Source of the DNA: an uncultured Gammaproteobacteria bacterium
GTDB taxonomy: Bacteria; Patescibacteriota; Microgenomatia; Levybacterales; UBA12049
Assembly (NCBI GenBank): GCA_964507055.1
Contig: CAZDOJ010000001.1
Span: forward strand, 206,793-270,792
Direction: 5' to 3'
Length of the DNA stretch: 64,000 nucleotides
Numbering within the stretch: position 1 is the stretch's first letter; every line of letters begins with the position of its first letter. Under the pieces are notes generated by a model that did no database searches, was not told the origin of the DNA, and was given only the letters and a program-made list of their open reading frames with translations. Shown piece by piece: positions 9,112-19,397 of this stretch. Position numbers and translations under genes: made by a program.

Positions 9112-9942
9112 TTAATTTTCCCAGCCTTCCTCTAGAACATTGGTAAGGCAATGCGGGCCCCCTCCGGATTTCATGAATTCGCCCATTTCCACTTCAACTG
9201 ATGTATAGCTCAAGTCTTCAATCTTTTTCTTAAACGTAGGGTTGCCTGATTGATGGACTACATGATGATCTGTCACAACCGAGTTGGCTGCAAAGCCATT
9301 TGCTTCTTCTTGTGTGAACTCAATAAGATTTGGCACTAATTTTTTGAGCACTTCCCTACTCTTTTCTGAAAATGCAGGCGGATAGTAAAATGCGGTGTCA
9401 TTATTTAACGGTAAAAATCCGACATCTAAGTGGTAGAACTTTGGATCAACTATTTCAATTGGAATAACTTCGATGTTGAGAAGTTTACTGACCGCATCAC
9501 AGGTTTCTTTATTGGCTCGATATCCAAGTCCAACTAATAATTTATCTCCCCAAAAGAATGAATCTCCATTACCTTCGAGGTAAATATCATCAGGAAGATG
9601 TTTAATAGTGTATCCATTATTTCGAAACCACTGCTCGTAGTGTGGGGTCTCGCCTTTGCGTTCATCACACCAAAATCTGCTTAGTAAAACTGTTTTATCT
9701 TTTACGATTCCCTGATCTGTCGCAAAAACCATATCTGGAACACCTCTCTGTTGTTTGATGACTTCGACTTCTATGTCTTGGGATTCATATGCTTTGACAA
9801 GATCGTTCCACTCGTTCATAGCTTTTTTACCATTAATAGTGCCGGGTTTCATCCAAGGATTGATGGAATAATCGAGGGTATCAAAGTACGTAGGTTCGCA
9901 CATCAGAACCTTTTTGATGAGTTTGTGTTTCATAGCCGCCAA
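9112..9942 (-). CDS. amidinotransferase-superfamily enzyme (DDAH/arginine-deiminase/amidinotransferase fold)
   Basis: C-terminal catalytic-Cys motif GGGPHCLT; FYHLDVGF; ~276 aa. Confidence 0.6.
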   Translation of the reverse strand: MAAMKHKLIKKVLMCEPTYFDTLDYSINPWMKPGTINGKKAMNEWNDLVKAYESQDIEVEVIKQQRGVPDMVFATDQGIVKDKTVLLSRFWCDERKGETPHYEQWFRNNGYTIKHLPDDIYLEGNGDSFFWGDKLLVGLGYRANKETCDAVSKLLNIEVIPIEIVDPKFYHLDVGFLPLNNDTAFYYPPAFSEKSREVLKKLVPNLIEFTQEEANGFAANSVVTDHHVVHQSGNPTFKKKIEDLSYTSVEVEMGEFMKSGGGPHCLTNVLEEGWEN

Positions 9943-9946
9943 TTAA

Positions 9947-11560
9947 TTATACTCTTGCTGCCTGAAGTTTGTTAACAAAATCCTGGGCAACGGGGACACT
10001 TGTGATGAGATGGGTGTTATGTTCTATAGCTTTTTGGCGAATTATTTTGCCATCTGTTTGAGTCTTTTCTCGTTCCATAGGGACATTAATAATTAAATCA
10101 AAGCGCTCAACATTCATAAGATCTCCAAGATTTGGCTTCAAATGAGGCTCTGAAATTTTGTGGACTGCAATTGCTTCAATAGCATTTGTCTTAAGGAACT
10201 TATGAGTTTTGTATGTTGCGTAGATCTTGTAACCCATATCCTGAAGCTTTTTCACAGTTGGAAGCAATTTTACTTTATTTGACCGTTTACCGACTGAAAT
10301 AAGTACTGTTTTCTCTGATCGTTGTGCAAGTTTCATCGGAAGTGTATAGAATTCTATGAAGCCTGCTGAAGCGTTTTGGTTGAGGCCTTCGGAAACCATG
10401 AACGTGGCAAGCTTTTCATCAAAAATTGTATTGGGTGTTTCAAGTGCCATGACTTGTACAACACCTTTGTATAATTTGAGTGTCACTTTACCTGTAACCT
10501 TTTGATTGACGTTATCAATGAATGCATTTAAGTCATTCATCAATGGTTCGTACCAAAGTGCACCGTAACAAAGATATGCCCACTTGGCATCAACAGTCGC
10601 TTTAAATTCATTCTCAGTTCGTGTACAAACATAATGTTCAAGCTTTTCATGAGCTGAGATAATAATTTCAGCAGCCGGTGCTTCAAAGACATCTCGGATC
10701 TTCATACCAATGACACGATCTTCTATGTGAATATTGATACCTACTCCATGCTTTCCTCCTATGCCGTTTAGTTTCATAATCAGATCAGCAAGTTTCATTT
10801 GATCTCCATTGAGTGCAACGGGGATACCTTTTACAAATTCAAGCGTTAACATTTCTGGTTTATCGGGAGCTTTTTCAGGAAGCGTGCTTACAACAAGAAT
10901 TTTCTCAAGTGGTGGAATTTTTGATGGATCTTCTATCTCTCCCCCTTCGCCTGATGATCCCCACATATTCTCATCGTATGAGTAAGGTTTATCAACTGTA
11001 TGAGGGACAGGGATGCCATGTTCTTTTGCATATGCAAGCTCTTCAAGTCGTCCCATACTCCATTCTCGGATTGGTGCGATTATCTTGATATCAGGATTCA
11101 ATGCAAGTGCTGAACCCTCGATACGGATTTGATCGTTACCGCGACCTGTGCATCCGTGGGCGATTGCGTCAGCACCTTCCATCGCAGCAATTTTCACTGC
11201 CCATTTCGCGAGAAGTGGGCGGCCAATTGCTGTTGCGAGTCTGTATTTATGTTGATAATTTGCATTTGCTTTGATTCCTTTGGAAATATATTCGTTGGCA
11301 AATTCTTCTTTGGCATCGATAACATATGTTTTAACTGCACCGAGTTTGATAGCTTTTTGTTTGATTGCTTCAAGATCATCGACTACCTGTCCAATGTCTA
11401 TTGTGAGTGCGACAACTTCTGCTTTGTATTCTTCTTGGATCCATTTGAGAAGTACTGAGGTATCGAGTCCGCCGGAGTAAAGTAGTACCACTTTCTTCAC
11501 TTCACCTTTTTTACCTTCATATGAAGCGACTTTATGGTATGTAGAGTTATTTTTATCCAT
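9947..11560 (-). CDS. argG: argininosuccinate synthase fused to a C-terminal MGS-like domain
   Basis: N-terminal PP-loop VVLLYSGGLDTS and the ArgG body. The extra ~130 aa C-terminal segment (TVLISVGKRSNK...YKIYATYKTHKFL...) resembles the methylglyoxal-synthase-like domain seen in CarB and PurH. Confidence 0.8.
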   Translation of the reverse strand: MDKNNSTYHKVASYEGKKGEVKKVVLLYSGGLDTSVLLKWIQEEYKAEVVALTIDIGQVVDDLEAIKQKAIKLGAVKTYVIDAKEEFANEYISKGIKANANYQHKYRLATAIGRPLLAKWAVKIAAMEGADAIAHGCTGRGNDQIRIEGSALALNPDIKIIAPIREWSMGRLEELAYAKEHGIPVPHTVDKPYSYDENMWGSSGEGGEIEDPSKIPPLEKILVVSTLPEKAPDKPEMLTLEFVKGIPVALNGDQMKLADLIMKLNGIGGKHGVGINIHIEDRVIGMKIRDVFEAPAAEIIISAHEKLEHYVCTRTENEFKATVDAKWAYLCYGALWYEPLMNDLNAFIDNVNQKVTGKVTLKLYKGVVQVMALETPNTIFDEKLATFMVSEGLNQNASAGFIEFYTLPMKLAQRSEKTVLISVGKRSNKVKLLPTVKKLQDMGYKIYATYKTHKFLKTNAIEAIAVHKISEPHLKPNLGDLMNVERFDLIINVPMEREKTQTDGKIIRQKAIEHNTHLITSVPVAQDFVNKLQAARV

Positions 11561-11650
11561 TTTTAATAATTTAAAGAAAATTTACTAAAATTATGCATTT
11601 TAAAGCAGAGTTTTATTCAAATTTTTCTTTATTATGGTAATAATATAGAA

Positions 11651-11692
11651 AAATGAATATTGTGTCAACAGGTGAATTGTAATAATTTGTCA
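11651..11692. promoter_or_regulatory. two adjacent imperfect ARG-box-like TGAAT half-site pairs in the divergent argG / amidinotransferase intergenic region
   Basis: aaTGAATATTGTGTCAac and ggTGAATTGTAATAATTt, starts 20 nt apart (typical ArgR operators are two 18-bp boxes separated by 2-3 nt). Match to consensus TnTGAATwwwwATTCAnw is partial. Confidence 0.25.
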
Positions 11693-11711
11693 TATTTAGT
11701 ACACTTGCGCT

Positions 11712-12638
11712 ATGAAGCAATCGGCCGACACAATTGTCATGGTTTCACCTGATCACTTTGGCTTTAATCCCCAAACTGCTGCGACTAATCCATATATGCA
11801 TACACCCGAGTCTATGCATAAGAGTGCTCAAGATATTCGCAATCTTGCTTTAAAAGAATTTGATCAAATGGTTGCTGTTCTTCGTGCAAAAGGTATTGAT
11901 GTACTAGTTTTGCCAAGTCGATCGGATGTTGTTACACCTGATGCAGTTTTTCCAAATAATTGGTTCTCTCACCATGAAGATGGACGTTTGGTCCTTTATC
12001 CTATGCTGACGCCAAATCGAAGACAAGAGCGACAATGTGATGCTCTTGTTGAATTGCTCCGAAGTGCACAGATAGAGCATCCAGCAATTGTTGATTTGAG
12101 TGTAAGTGAAGAACAAGGATTAATTCTTGAATCAACAGGAAGTATGGTTTTGGATCGAGTTCATAAGGTTGTCTTTGCTATGGCATCTCCGCGAACCAAT
12201 GAAGAGTTATTTCAAAAATGGTGCACACAAATGGGATATGAAGGCATATATATAAAAACGCCAAAAAGTCATCGTAATGAGGTTTATCATACAAATCTGC
12301 TTATGAGTATCGGAACAGAGTTTGCAGTGGTTTGTCTTGAAGTTATTGAAAATGAAACGGAACAAAAGCATGTACGAGAAAAACTTGAAAGTTTGGACAA
12401 AGACCTGATCGAGATTTCTCTTGAGCAAGTCTATTCCTATTGTGGAAATATTCTTGAAGTTCGTTCAAAGAGTGGGCAAACATATATTGTTATGTCCAAG
12501 ACTGCTGAATCTGTATTTACTGTAGATCAAAGAGAACATTTGGAAAAGTATGGCGAGATTATTCGTTTGGATATTCCAGTTATTGAAGAAGTCGGTGGCG
12601 GTGGTGTCCGTTGTATGATGGCAGAAATTTTTGTTTAA
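11712..12638 (+). CDS. arginine-deiminase-related amidinotransferase-superfamily hydrolase (citrulline-forming or citrulline-utilising type)
   Basis: N-terminal MVSPDHFGFNP, C-terminal GGGGVRCMMAEIF (catalytic Cys); 308 aa. Confidence 0.6.
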   Translation: MKQSADTIVMVSPDHFGFNPQTAATNPYMHTPESMHKSAQDIRNLALKEFDQMVAVLRAKGIDVLVLPSRSDVVTPDAVFPNNWFSHHEDGRLVLYPMLTPNRRQERQCDALVELLRSAQIEHPAIVDLSVSEEQGLILESTGSMVLDRVHKVVFAMASPRTNEELFQKWCTQMGYEGIYIKTPKSHRNEVYHTNLLMSIGTEFAVVCLEVIENETEQKHVREKLESLDKDLIEISLEQVYSYCGNILEVRSKSGQTYIVMSKTAESVFTVDQREHLEKYGEIIRLDIPVIEEVGGGGVRCMMAEIFV

Positions 12639-12653
12639 TTGTTCAGGCAAAAA

Positions 12654-13601
12654 TTACTTCTCAGAGGAGTACTTTAATGGGAAATATGAAGCATTTTCAG
12701 TTTGGGATTTTGATTTGAAATTGAGACTGATCAATAAATCTGCTAAGAACCCTGTAAAGAATGTCTGCAATCCTCCAAGCATAAGAAGAATACTAAAGAG
12801 AAGAAGTGGCCTATCCCCTATTGATTGCCCACCAAACCAAATGACTGTGAGATATCCAAAGATAATCACGCCAAGTAGGAACATCAATCCACCCACGAAT
12901 CCAAAGAAATGTAATGGACGCTTACTAAATTTTAAAAGAAAGATAATCGTAAAAAGATCTGGAAGGTTTTTAAATACTTTGGAGAATCCATACTTTGAAT
13001 AACCGAACTTCCGTGTATCATGCTCTACAACAACTTCTTGTACAAGATATCCTTGTTGTTGCAAAAGCAAAGGAATAAATCGGTAGAGCCCTCCGTAAAT
13101 ATGGATATTCTTTGCTGCGTCTTTGGTAAAGAGTTTGAAACCACAATCGATGTCATGAAGATTGAGGTTGAATAAAACATGATTCAACCAGTTAAAGAAC
13201 TTTGATATCACAACCATTTTGGATTTATCTTTGCGGTGCTTTCTCCAACCGACAACAACGTCTGCACCTGTTTCTTTATGATGCTTGATAAATTTGTGTA
13301 ATTCAGTCGGTTTGTCTTGGAGATCAGCATCCATTGTAAAGATGAAATCACCTTCTGCCTTTGCAAAGCCTAGCATCAAAGCATCAGCTTTTTGGCGGTT
13401 ACCTTTGAAAGAATAGACTTTGACATTTTTATCCTTCTTGGCGATCGTCTTCATGACTTCCAATGTGTTGTCATTCGAACCATCATCAACAAAAACGATT
13501 TCGTAGGATTTATCAAGTTTGGGAAGATATTTTATTGTTTCCTTATAAAAAGCCTGCAAGCCTTCTTCTTCATTGTACGCAGGTACGACCACACTTATCA
13601 T
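12654..13601 (-). CDS. GT2 polyprenol-phosphate glycosyltransferase (GtrB/DPM1/ArnC-like)
   Basis: VVVPAYNEEEGL, FVDDGSNDNT, and a DAD motif in MDADLQDKP; two C-terminal TM helices. Confidence 0.8.
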   Translation of the reverse strand: MISVVVPAYNEEEGLQAFYKETIKYLPKLDKSYEIVFVDDGSNDNTLEVMKTIAKKDKNVKVYSFKGNRQKADALMLGFAKAEGDFIFTMDADLQDKPTELHKFIKHHKETGADVVVGWRKHRKDKSKMVVISKFFNWLNHVLFNLNLHDIDCGFKLFTKDAAKNIHIYGGLYRFIPLLLQQQGYLVQEVVVEHDTRKFGYSKYGFSKVFKNLPDLFTIIFLLKFSKRPLHFFGFVGGLMFLLGVIIFGYLTVIWFGGQSIGDRPLLLFSILLMLGGLQTFFTGFLADLLISLNFKSKSQTENASYFPLKYSSEK

Positions 13602-13632
13602 ATTGAGGAGATTATAACATAATGACCTTATG

Positions 13633-13657
13633 TGCTACTTAGCCGCCAAGTAGCACA
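13633..13657 (-). terminator. perfect 9-bp stem hairpin (gtgctactt-agccgcc-aagtagcac) downstream of the UDP-glucuronate decarboxylase gene
   Basis: Inverted repeat read directly. No clean T-tract follows on the minus strand, so intrinsic-terminator status is uncertain. A TATAAT-like box follows, just upstream of the GT2 start. Confidence 0.3.
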
Positions 13658-13729
13658 AGCTCTCGGCAAAAATTGTGCTCAAATTGCCGAAAACATTTTT
13701 TGTATATGTTTAAATGTAATGAGGTACGT

Positions 13730-14692
13730 TTAATTTTTGAAGTATTCTATTATTTTCTTGAGACCTTCTTCTAGAGGTACTTTGGATTCCCAATCCAATA
13801 ATTTTTTTGCTTTTGTGGTATCTGCTTTTCGTTTTAGTGGATCATCGAGTGGTAAATCTTCACTAAAGACAATTTCACTTGAGGAATTTGTCAGTCTTTT
13901 AATGATCTCAGCATATTCATGTACCGTATGCTCGCCGGATGAACCGATGTTTACGATCTCCCCTTTAGTATTTGGATAAAACATCAATCGCATCATTCCT
14001 TCGACCGTATCATCGACATAACAAAGCGATCGAGTTTGTTTACCGTCACCAAATACTGTGATTGGTTCCCCAGCCAATGCTTGATTGATGAAATTTACAA
14101 TCATGCGTTTATCCGCTTCTTGCATGTTTGGTCCATATGTATTGAAGATTCTGATAATTCTTGTGTCAACATCTTTATCACGTTCATAATATGCGGTAAG
14201 TGTTTCTCCAAATCGTTTTGCTTCATCGTAGACAGATCTTGGGCCGGTCGTTGATACATTACCTCGATATTCTTCTCTTTGTGGATGTTCCAAAGGATCT
14301 CCATATGCTTCAGATGTGGAAGCGAAAAGGAATTTTGCTTTGTGTGCTTCAGCTAATTTGAGCATTTCATGTGTTCCGACAGTATTTACCATCATTGTTT
14401 CCATCGGAAGTGCGTGATAACTTAACGGACTATGATGATTTGGTGAAGCTGGTGATGCGAGATGGAAGATTGCATCAAGCTTGGGAATTTCATATTTTTC
14501 AGTATTGATTGGTTGTGTGACGTCATGTTTGATGAAGTGAAAATTTGCATTGGATTCTAAATCACTTATATTTGATTCGGAGCTTGTAATCAATGTATCA
14601 ACACAATAGACACTATGACCTTCATCAATAAGTCTACGCGAAAGATGCGATCCTATGAATCCTGCACCGCCAGTTACAAGTACGTTTGCCAT
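13730..14692 (-). CDS. UDP-glucuronate decarboxylase (UDP-xylose synthase), SDR family
   Basis: Rossmann motif VLVTGGAGFIGSH; UXS-typical STSEAYGDPLEHPQREEYRGNV; catalytic Y..K in YDEAKR. Confidence 0.8.
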   Translation of the reverse strand: MANVLVTGGAGFIGSHLSRRLIDEGHSVYCVDTLITSSESNISDLESNANFHFIKHDVTQPINTEKYEIPKLDAIFHLASPASPNHHSPLSYHALPMETMMVNTVGTHEMLKLAEAHKAKFLFASTSEAYGDPLEHPQREEYRGNVSTTGPRSVYDEAKRFGETLTAYYERDKDVDTRIIRIFNTYGPNMQEADKRMIVNFINQALAGEPITVFGDGKQTRSLCYVDDTVEGMMRLMFYPNTKGEIVNIGSSGEHTVHEYAEIIKRLTNSSSEIVFSEDLPLDDPLKRKADTTKAKKLLDWESKVPLEEGLKKIIEYFKN

Positions 14693-14741
14693 AGAAGTAT
14701 GGTATCACAATTAGTTTGCTGCAACAATATAAAAGAAGAAT

Positions 14742-15599
14742 TTATTCGAGGTTTTGTTTCTCAGTAGCTGTCACAAGTGTATCCATAAGCATGGCGACAT
14801 TTACTGGACCAACTCCTTTTGGTGTGGGAGTGTAAAAAGAAGCTACATCCTCAATCTCGGCTTCAATATAGTCTCCGTGAAGTTTCTTGCCCTCACCTTG
14901 TGACATGCCTACACCGATAAGGATGACTCCCTTTTTTAACGTGTGAGCTTTAATAATTGCAGGTTTTCCCACAGCTGATATTACGATATCTGCATCTTGC
15001 AAAATGTTTTCTGGAGATGGCGTCTTACTATCTATGATTGTTGGTTCGATGTTTTGTTTTCGTAGGTATTCAATGATTGGTTGTCCACCAGTTGTACCTT
15101 TGCCCAAAACCACAATTGATTGTAGTCGCAACCAATTAAGTATATTGTCATGCTGATGTTCTGGACGATATTTTAGGTAAATATAATCCAGTATTCGCAT
15201 CACCGCTAATGGTAACGGAAGTGTATATGGTGAATCTGGATGGAATCCATCGATATCTTTTTCAGGATCTGTAAGTAATTCAAGTTTCTTTTCGTCGACG
15301 TGTTCTGGCAGTGGTCGTTGGATGAGAATCCCGTGAACATAGGGATCGTTGTTTAGAAGAGTAATCTTCTCTTCAAGTTCTTTAGTAGTTACTTCGCGAG
15401 AAAACTTCATTACAGTTACCTTTGCTCCAATTGCTTCAGCTTTTTTCTCTTTCTGTTTGATATATGCAGCAGATGAAGGATTATCTCCGACGAAAATCAC
15501 CACCAGATGTGGCATAATATTTCTTTTTTGTAATTCCCCTACTCGTTCACGGAGATTTACAAAAATATGATCGACGATGGCTGTGCTGTCAACTTTCAT
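14742..15599 (-). CDS. folD: bifunctional methylenetetrahydrofolate dehydrogenase/cyclohydrolase
   Basis: FolD-typical N-terminal (VGDNPSSAAYIKQKEK) and C-terminal NAD(P)-binding (VVLGKGTTGGQP, PKGVGPVNVAML); 285 aa. Confidence 0.85.
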   Translation of the reverse strand: MKVDSTAIVDHIFVNLRERVGELQKRNIMPHLVVIFVGDNPSSAAYIKQKEKKAEAIGAKVTVMKFSREVTTKELEEKITLLNNDPYVHGILIQRPLPEHVDEKKLELLTDPEKDIDGFHPDSPYTLPLPLAVMRILDYIYLKYRPEHQHDNILNWLRLQSIVVLGKGTTGGQPIIEYLRKQNIEPTIIDSKTPSPENILQDADIVISAVGKPAIIKAHTLKKGVILIGVGMSQGEGKKLHGDYIEAEIEDVASFYTPTPKGVGPVNVAMLMDTLVTATEKQNLE

Positions 15600-15631
15600 A
15601 AAGTTATTATACCTGAGAGGCGTTGGGAAAA

Positions 15632-15958
15632 CTATGCTTCAGCTCTTCTGAAAAGTGAAACGATGAGGCCGAGAATGATTGCCAAGACCAAAAGGCTTGG
15701 CAATCCAATCCCTGCGATACTGAGGATACCTAAAACTGCAAGAATCCAGAGAATTAAAAGAACTCCGGATATCTCTCTAAATGGACTTGGTAATAAGCTT
15801 ACGGCTGTTGCAACTAAGGCAAGGATGAGTAAATCAATAATACTAATTACTTGTCCATTAATTGTAAAAAGCGATGTGTCAGGAATATTCAGTCCTTCGA
15901 TGTTGATATATCCGAAGAACCAAAGAATTGCTAATATAACGATTAATGCTGCTATCAT
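15632..15958 (-). CDS. small integral membrane protein (3-4 TM helices)
   Basis: Highly hydrophobic 108-aa product; preferred over the overlapping plus-strand ORF 15567-15986, which is hydrophilic and low complexity. Confidence 0.4.
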   Translation of the reverse strand: MIAALIVILAILWFFGYINIEGLNIPDTSLFTINGQVISIIDLLILALVATAVSLLPSPFREISGVLLILWILAVLGILSIAGIGLPSLLVLAIILGLIVSLFRRAEA

Positions 15959-16102
15959 AAGTTTCTATGAGAATTTTTACCTTTAAATTCTCGTTTGTTT
16001 ATATGTCTAGTATGAAGCTCAACTGTAAGGTGCGTTTAAAGTTGAGGTAAGAGTTCTGTAAACAGATTCTGGTTTTTTACTTCTTTGTGTATAATAGTAG
16101 AG

Positions 16103-16720
16103 ATGTTTCTTTTTAAGAATTCTAAATATCTCATCATCGCAGGTTTTGCTCTCATTGTCATTTTGCTTCTCGTCTATTTTGTTTCACCAGGACAGAGTAA
16201 ATATACAGTCAATTTAAGCTCCCAAACAGTCATTAAGCAGATGGAATCACTGAATCGTATCGAAACTGCTTCATATACACTGGAGAAGATTATCGATGTC
16301 CAGACTTCGGGCACTTCATTACAGAAGCTTCTTTATGGTGATAGGATTCTTCTTATTGCTCATGGACAAGTAATTGCTGGTTTTGATTTGTCCAAGATTC
16401 AAGATGATCAAGTACAGGTGGAGGGAAAGAAGTTAAAAATAACTTTGCCAAGACCAGAGATCTTAGTGACAAAATTGGATAATGAACAAACGCGAGTCTA
16501 TGATCGTGATCAAGGTATTTTGACCAAAGGTGATCGTGATCTTGAATCTGAGGCAAGAAAAGAAGCTGAAATGGTAATCAAAGATGCTGCATGCAAAGGT
16601 GGAATTCTTGAAGAAGCATCTAAGAATGCGAAGAACCAAATGACGACACAGTTCAAGAGTTTAGGATTTGAAGAAGTGACGATTGAGATCCCTGAAGGTA
16701 ATTGTGGAAGTGAGTCATAA
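16103..16720 (+). CDS. DUF4230-like membrane-anchored protein
   Basis: N-terminal TM (YLIIAGFALIVILLLVYF) followed by the pattern typical of the DUF4230 family (...LEKIIDVQTSG...IAHGQVIAGFDLSKI...). The internal Met MFLFKNSKY is preferred as the start. Confidence 0.45.
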   Translation: MFLFKNSKYLIIAGFALIVILLLVYFVSPGQSKYTVNLSSQTVIKQMESLNRIETASYTLEKIIDVQTSGTSLQKLLYGDRILLIAHGQVIAGFDLSKIQDDQVQVEGKKLKITLPRPEILVTKLDNEQTRVYDRDQGILTKGDRDLESEARKEAEMVIKDAACKGGILEEASKNAKNQMTTQFKSLGFEEVTIEIPEGNCGSES

Positions 16721-16763
16721 AACTAGCTTTCTCTACGTTGACTGCTAAGTCGCGAGGTAAAAC

Positions 16764-19385
16764 TTAGGCTTTGGTTTGTTCTGGGGCTTTTTCTGGTCCT
16801 GGTTGATCCTCAATGCATGTTGCACTTGCTACACCATCAGATGTGTGTGAAAATCTCATCAAGATAACACCTTGTGTGTCTCGAGAAAGCTTCGGGATCT
16901 GATTGATTGGTAACTTCACAATCTGGCCCTTCTTACTTGTGATGATCACTTCTTCACTCTTTGCTGGGATAACTTGTGCCACGACAACTGAACCGGTTCT
17001 ATCAGTTACCTTTGCAACTTTCACACCTTGACCACCTCTTCCCTGTTGTGGGAATTGTGCAACTGGAGTTTTCTTTCCGAGACCATTTTCCATGATTGCC
17101 AAGACGTCTGGGTTATCTCCCTTTGAAATAACGTCCATGCCGATGACTTGATCTTTACTATCAATCTTAATTCCTCGAACACCCGTTGTTGCTCGGCCGA
17201 GTGGTCGGACTGAATCTTCGGAGAATTTGATTGATTTACCGCCACGTGTGATGATGAGGATGTCACTCTTACCATCAGTGATATTACTCCAAACCAATTC
17301 ATCTCCAGTATCAAGTTTGATCGCGATCATACCGTTTCTTCGGATATTTTCAAATTCTTTGATATGCGTCTTCTTTACAGTACCGTTTCTTGTGGTAAGG
17401 AAAACGTATCCGTCTTTAACAGCTTTGTTATGAACGATGAATGATTCAACTTTTTCACCTGATTCTATATTAAGTAAGTTCACAATAGCTGATCCTTTAC
17501 TTGTTCGTGAGCTTTCTGCAATTTCATATGCTCTCAATTGGTATGCTTTTCCTTTGTTGGTAAAGAAGATTATATTGTCGTGCGTTTGTGCCGAGCGGAT
17601 GTGGAAAATACCATCTTCGTCTTTGACATTCATACCTGTGATACCTTTTCCTCCCCGATGTTGTGTATGGAATGCATTCATTGATTGTCTCTTGATATAA
17701 CCAGTATTGGTCAATGTAATAACAGTTGGTTCATTAGGGATCAAATCTTCTTCTGAGAATTCATCAACCTTACTCTTGTAGACTTTGGTTCGTCGTGGAT
17801 CTGCGTACTTTTCTCGGAGTTTCAATAATTCGTCTTTGATAACAGTCATAATTTTTTCGCCATGAGCCAAAAGATCTTCGAGGTATGCGATATTGTCTTT
17901 AACCATCTTTAATTCATCTTCAATCTTTTGTCGTTCCAATGCGGCAAGTCTTCGAAGCTGCATATCTAAGATTGCAACAGATTGGAGTTCACTCAAAGTG
18001 AACTTTGACATCAAGTTCTGCTTCGCATCTTCCTGATCTTTAGAAGCACGGATTGTTGCGATGACTGCATCGATATGGTCGACTGCGATCTTCAAACCTT
18101 CAAGGATATGAAGACGTGCCTTTGCAACCTTGAGTTCATATTCGGTTCTCTTGGTGATGACGATGTATCGGTGCTTGAGATATTCTTCAATGATAAGTTT
18201 CAAATTCAATGTCTGAGGTGTTCCATCGACAAGTGCTACCATATTGCACGGGAAAGATGTTTGGAGTGCTGTTTGCTTGTACAAATTGTTAAGTACTTTC
18301 TTTGGTGTCGCATCTCTCTTAAGTTCTACATAGATTCTGAGTCCTCGTCGGTCAGATTCGTCTCGAAGATCTGAGATACCATCAAGCTTTTTATCTTTTG
18401 CGAGATCAGCAATTCTTGCGATAAGGTTTGCTTTATTAACCTGATATGGAAGTTCGGAGATGATGATTGCTGATTTTCCATTGCCTACCTCTTCGATCTC
18501 TGTCTTTCCTCTGATGATGATCTTACCTCGTCCTGTTACATAAGCATTTCGGATTTCAGTGATGTCATAAATAGAACCTGCTGTTGGGAAGTCTGGACCT
18601 TTTACAAATTCGAGAAGTTCATCGATGGTCACGTCACATGTGAGTACTGCTGGTTCTTCAGCAAGAGATGTTGTCTCAGCAGCATTTGTTACAACTTCTG
18701 GTGCTTGGCCATTGTGTTCAAGTTCACGATTTGCGAGATCTTGTACAGCGGTTGTATTTGTTGCTGATGCGTCTAATGCAGTTCTTGTCTTACCAATTGT
18801 GTAAACGATCGCGTCAATAACTTCACCCAAATTATGTGGTGGAATCTTGGTCGCCATACCAACAGCGATACCTTCTGCTCCCATAAGTAAAAGATTTGGA
18901 AGCTTTGCAGGTAGGTAAAGCGGTTCGTGTTCTGATCCGTCAAAGTTTGGTCCGAAATCGACTGTTTCTTTATCAATATCAGTCATAAGTTCTGAGGTGA
19001 TTGCCTGCATGCGAGCTTCGGTGTAACGCATATGTGCTGGTGAATCTCCATCAATTGAACCGAAGTTACCTTGACCATCAACGAGTGGATATCGCATTGA
19101 AAAGTCTTGTGCCAAACGAACAAGTGAATCATAGATAGGTGCGTCACCATGAGGGTGATATTTACCCATAACTTCTCCAACAATCTTTGCACTCTTTGTA
19201 TATTTTGCAGAGTGAGTAAGATTCATATCATGCATACCGTAGAGAATTCTTCGGTGTACAGGTTTTAATCCATCGCGGACGTCAGGAAGAGCACGTTGGA
19301 CGATAACAGACATCGCATAATTCAAATACGATTTCTTCATTTCCTCAGTGATGTTAATTAATTGTAGTTTTCCGATATCACTCAT
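16764..19385 (-). CDS. gyrA: DNA gyrase subunit A
   Basis: [26 protein letters not shown] (catalytic region), GyrA-box-containing C-terminal beta-pinwheel repeats. Carries a ~50-aa T/A/E-rich insertion before GPDFPTAG. Confidence 0.95.
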   Translation of the reverse strand: MSDIGKLQLINITEEMKKSYLNYAMSVIVQRALPDVRDGLKPVHRRILYGMHDMNLTHSAKYTKSAKIVGEVMGKYHPHGDAPIYDSLVRLAQDFSMRYPLVDGQGNFGSIDGDSPAHMRYTEARMQAITSELMTDIDKETVDFGPNFDGSEHEPLYLPAKLPNLLLMGAEGIAVGMATKIPPHNLGEVIDAIVYTIGKTRTALDASATNTTAVQDLANRELEHNGQAPEVVTNAAETTSLAEEPAVLTCDVTIDELLEFVKGPDFPTAGSIYDITEIRNAYVTGRGKIIIRGKTEIEEVGNGKSAIIISELPYQVNKANLIARIADLAKDKKLDGISDLRDESDRRGLRIYVELKRDATPKKVLNNLYKQTALQTSFPCNMVALVDGTPQTLNLKLIIEEYLKHRYIVITKRTEYELKVAKARLHILEGLKIAVDHIDAVIATIRASKDQEDAKQNLMSKFTLSELQSVAILDMQLRRLAALERQKIEDELKMVKDNIAYLEDLLAHGEKIMTVIKDELLKLREKYADPRRTKVYKSKVDEFSEEDLIPNEPTVITLTNTGYIKRQSMNAFHTQHRGGKGITGMNVKDEDGIFHIRSAQTHDNIIFFTNKGKAYQLRAYEIAESSRTSKGSAIVNLLNIESGEKVESFIVHNKAVKDGYVFLTTRNGTVKKTHIKEFENIRRNGMIAIKLDTGDELVWSNITDGKSDILIITRGGKSIKFSEDSVRPLGRATTGVRGIKIDSKDQVIGMDVISKGDNPDVLAIMENGLGKKTPVAQFPQQGRGGQGVKVAKVTDRTGSVVVAQVIPAKSEEVIITSKKGQIVKLPINQIPKLSRDTQGVILMRFSHTSDGVASATCIEDQPGPEKAPEQTKA

Positions 19386-19397
19386 ATAAGGTGTAAA

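Noticed and set aside
15567-15986. 139-aa plus-strand ORF overlapping the 15632-15958 minus-strand ORF
   Set aside because: The minus-strand product is a coherent 3-4 TM membrane protein, whereas the plus-strand product is basic and low complexity. Only one can be real, and I chose the membrane protein with modest confidence.
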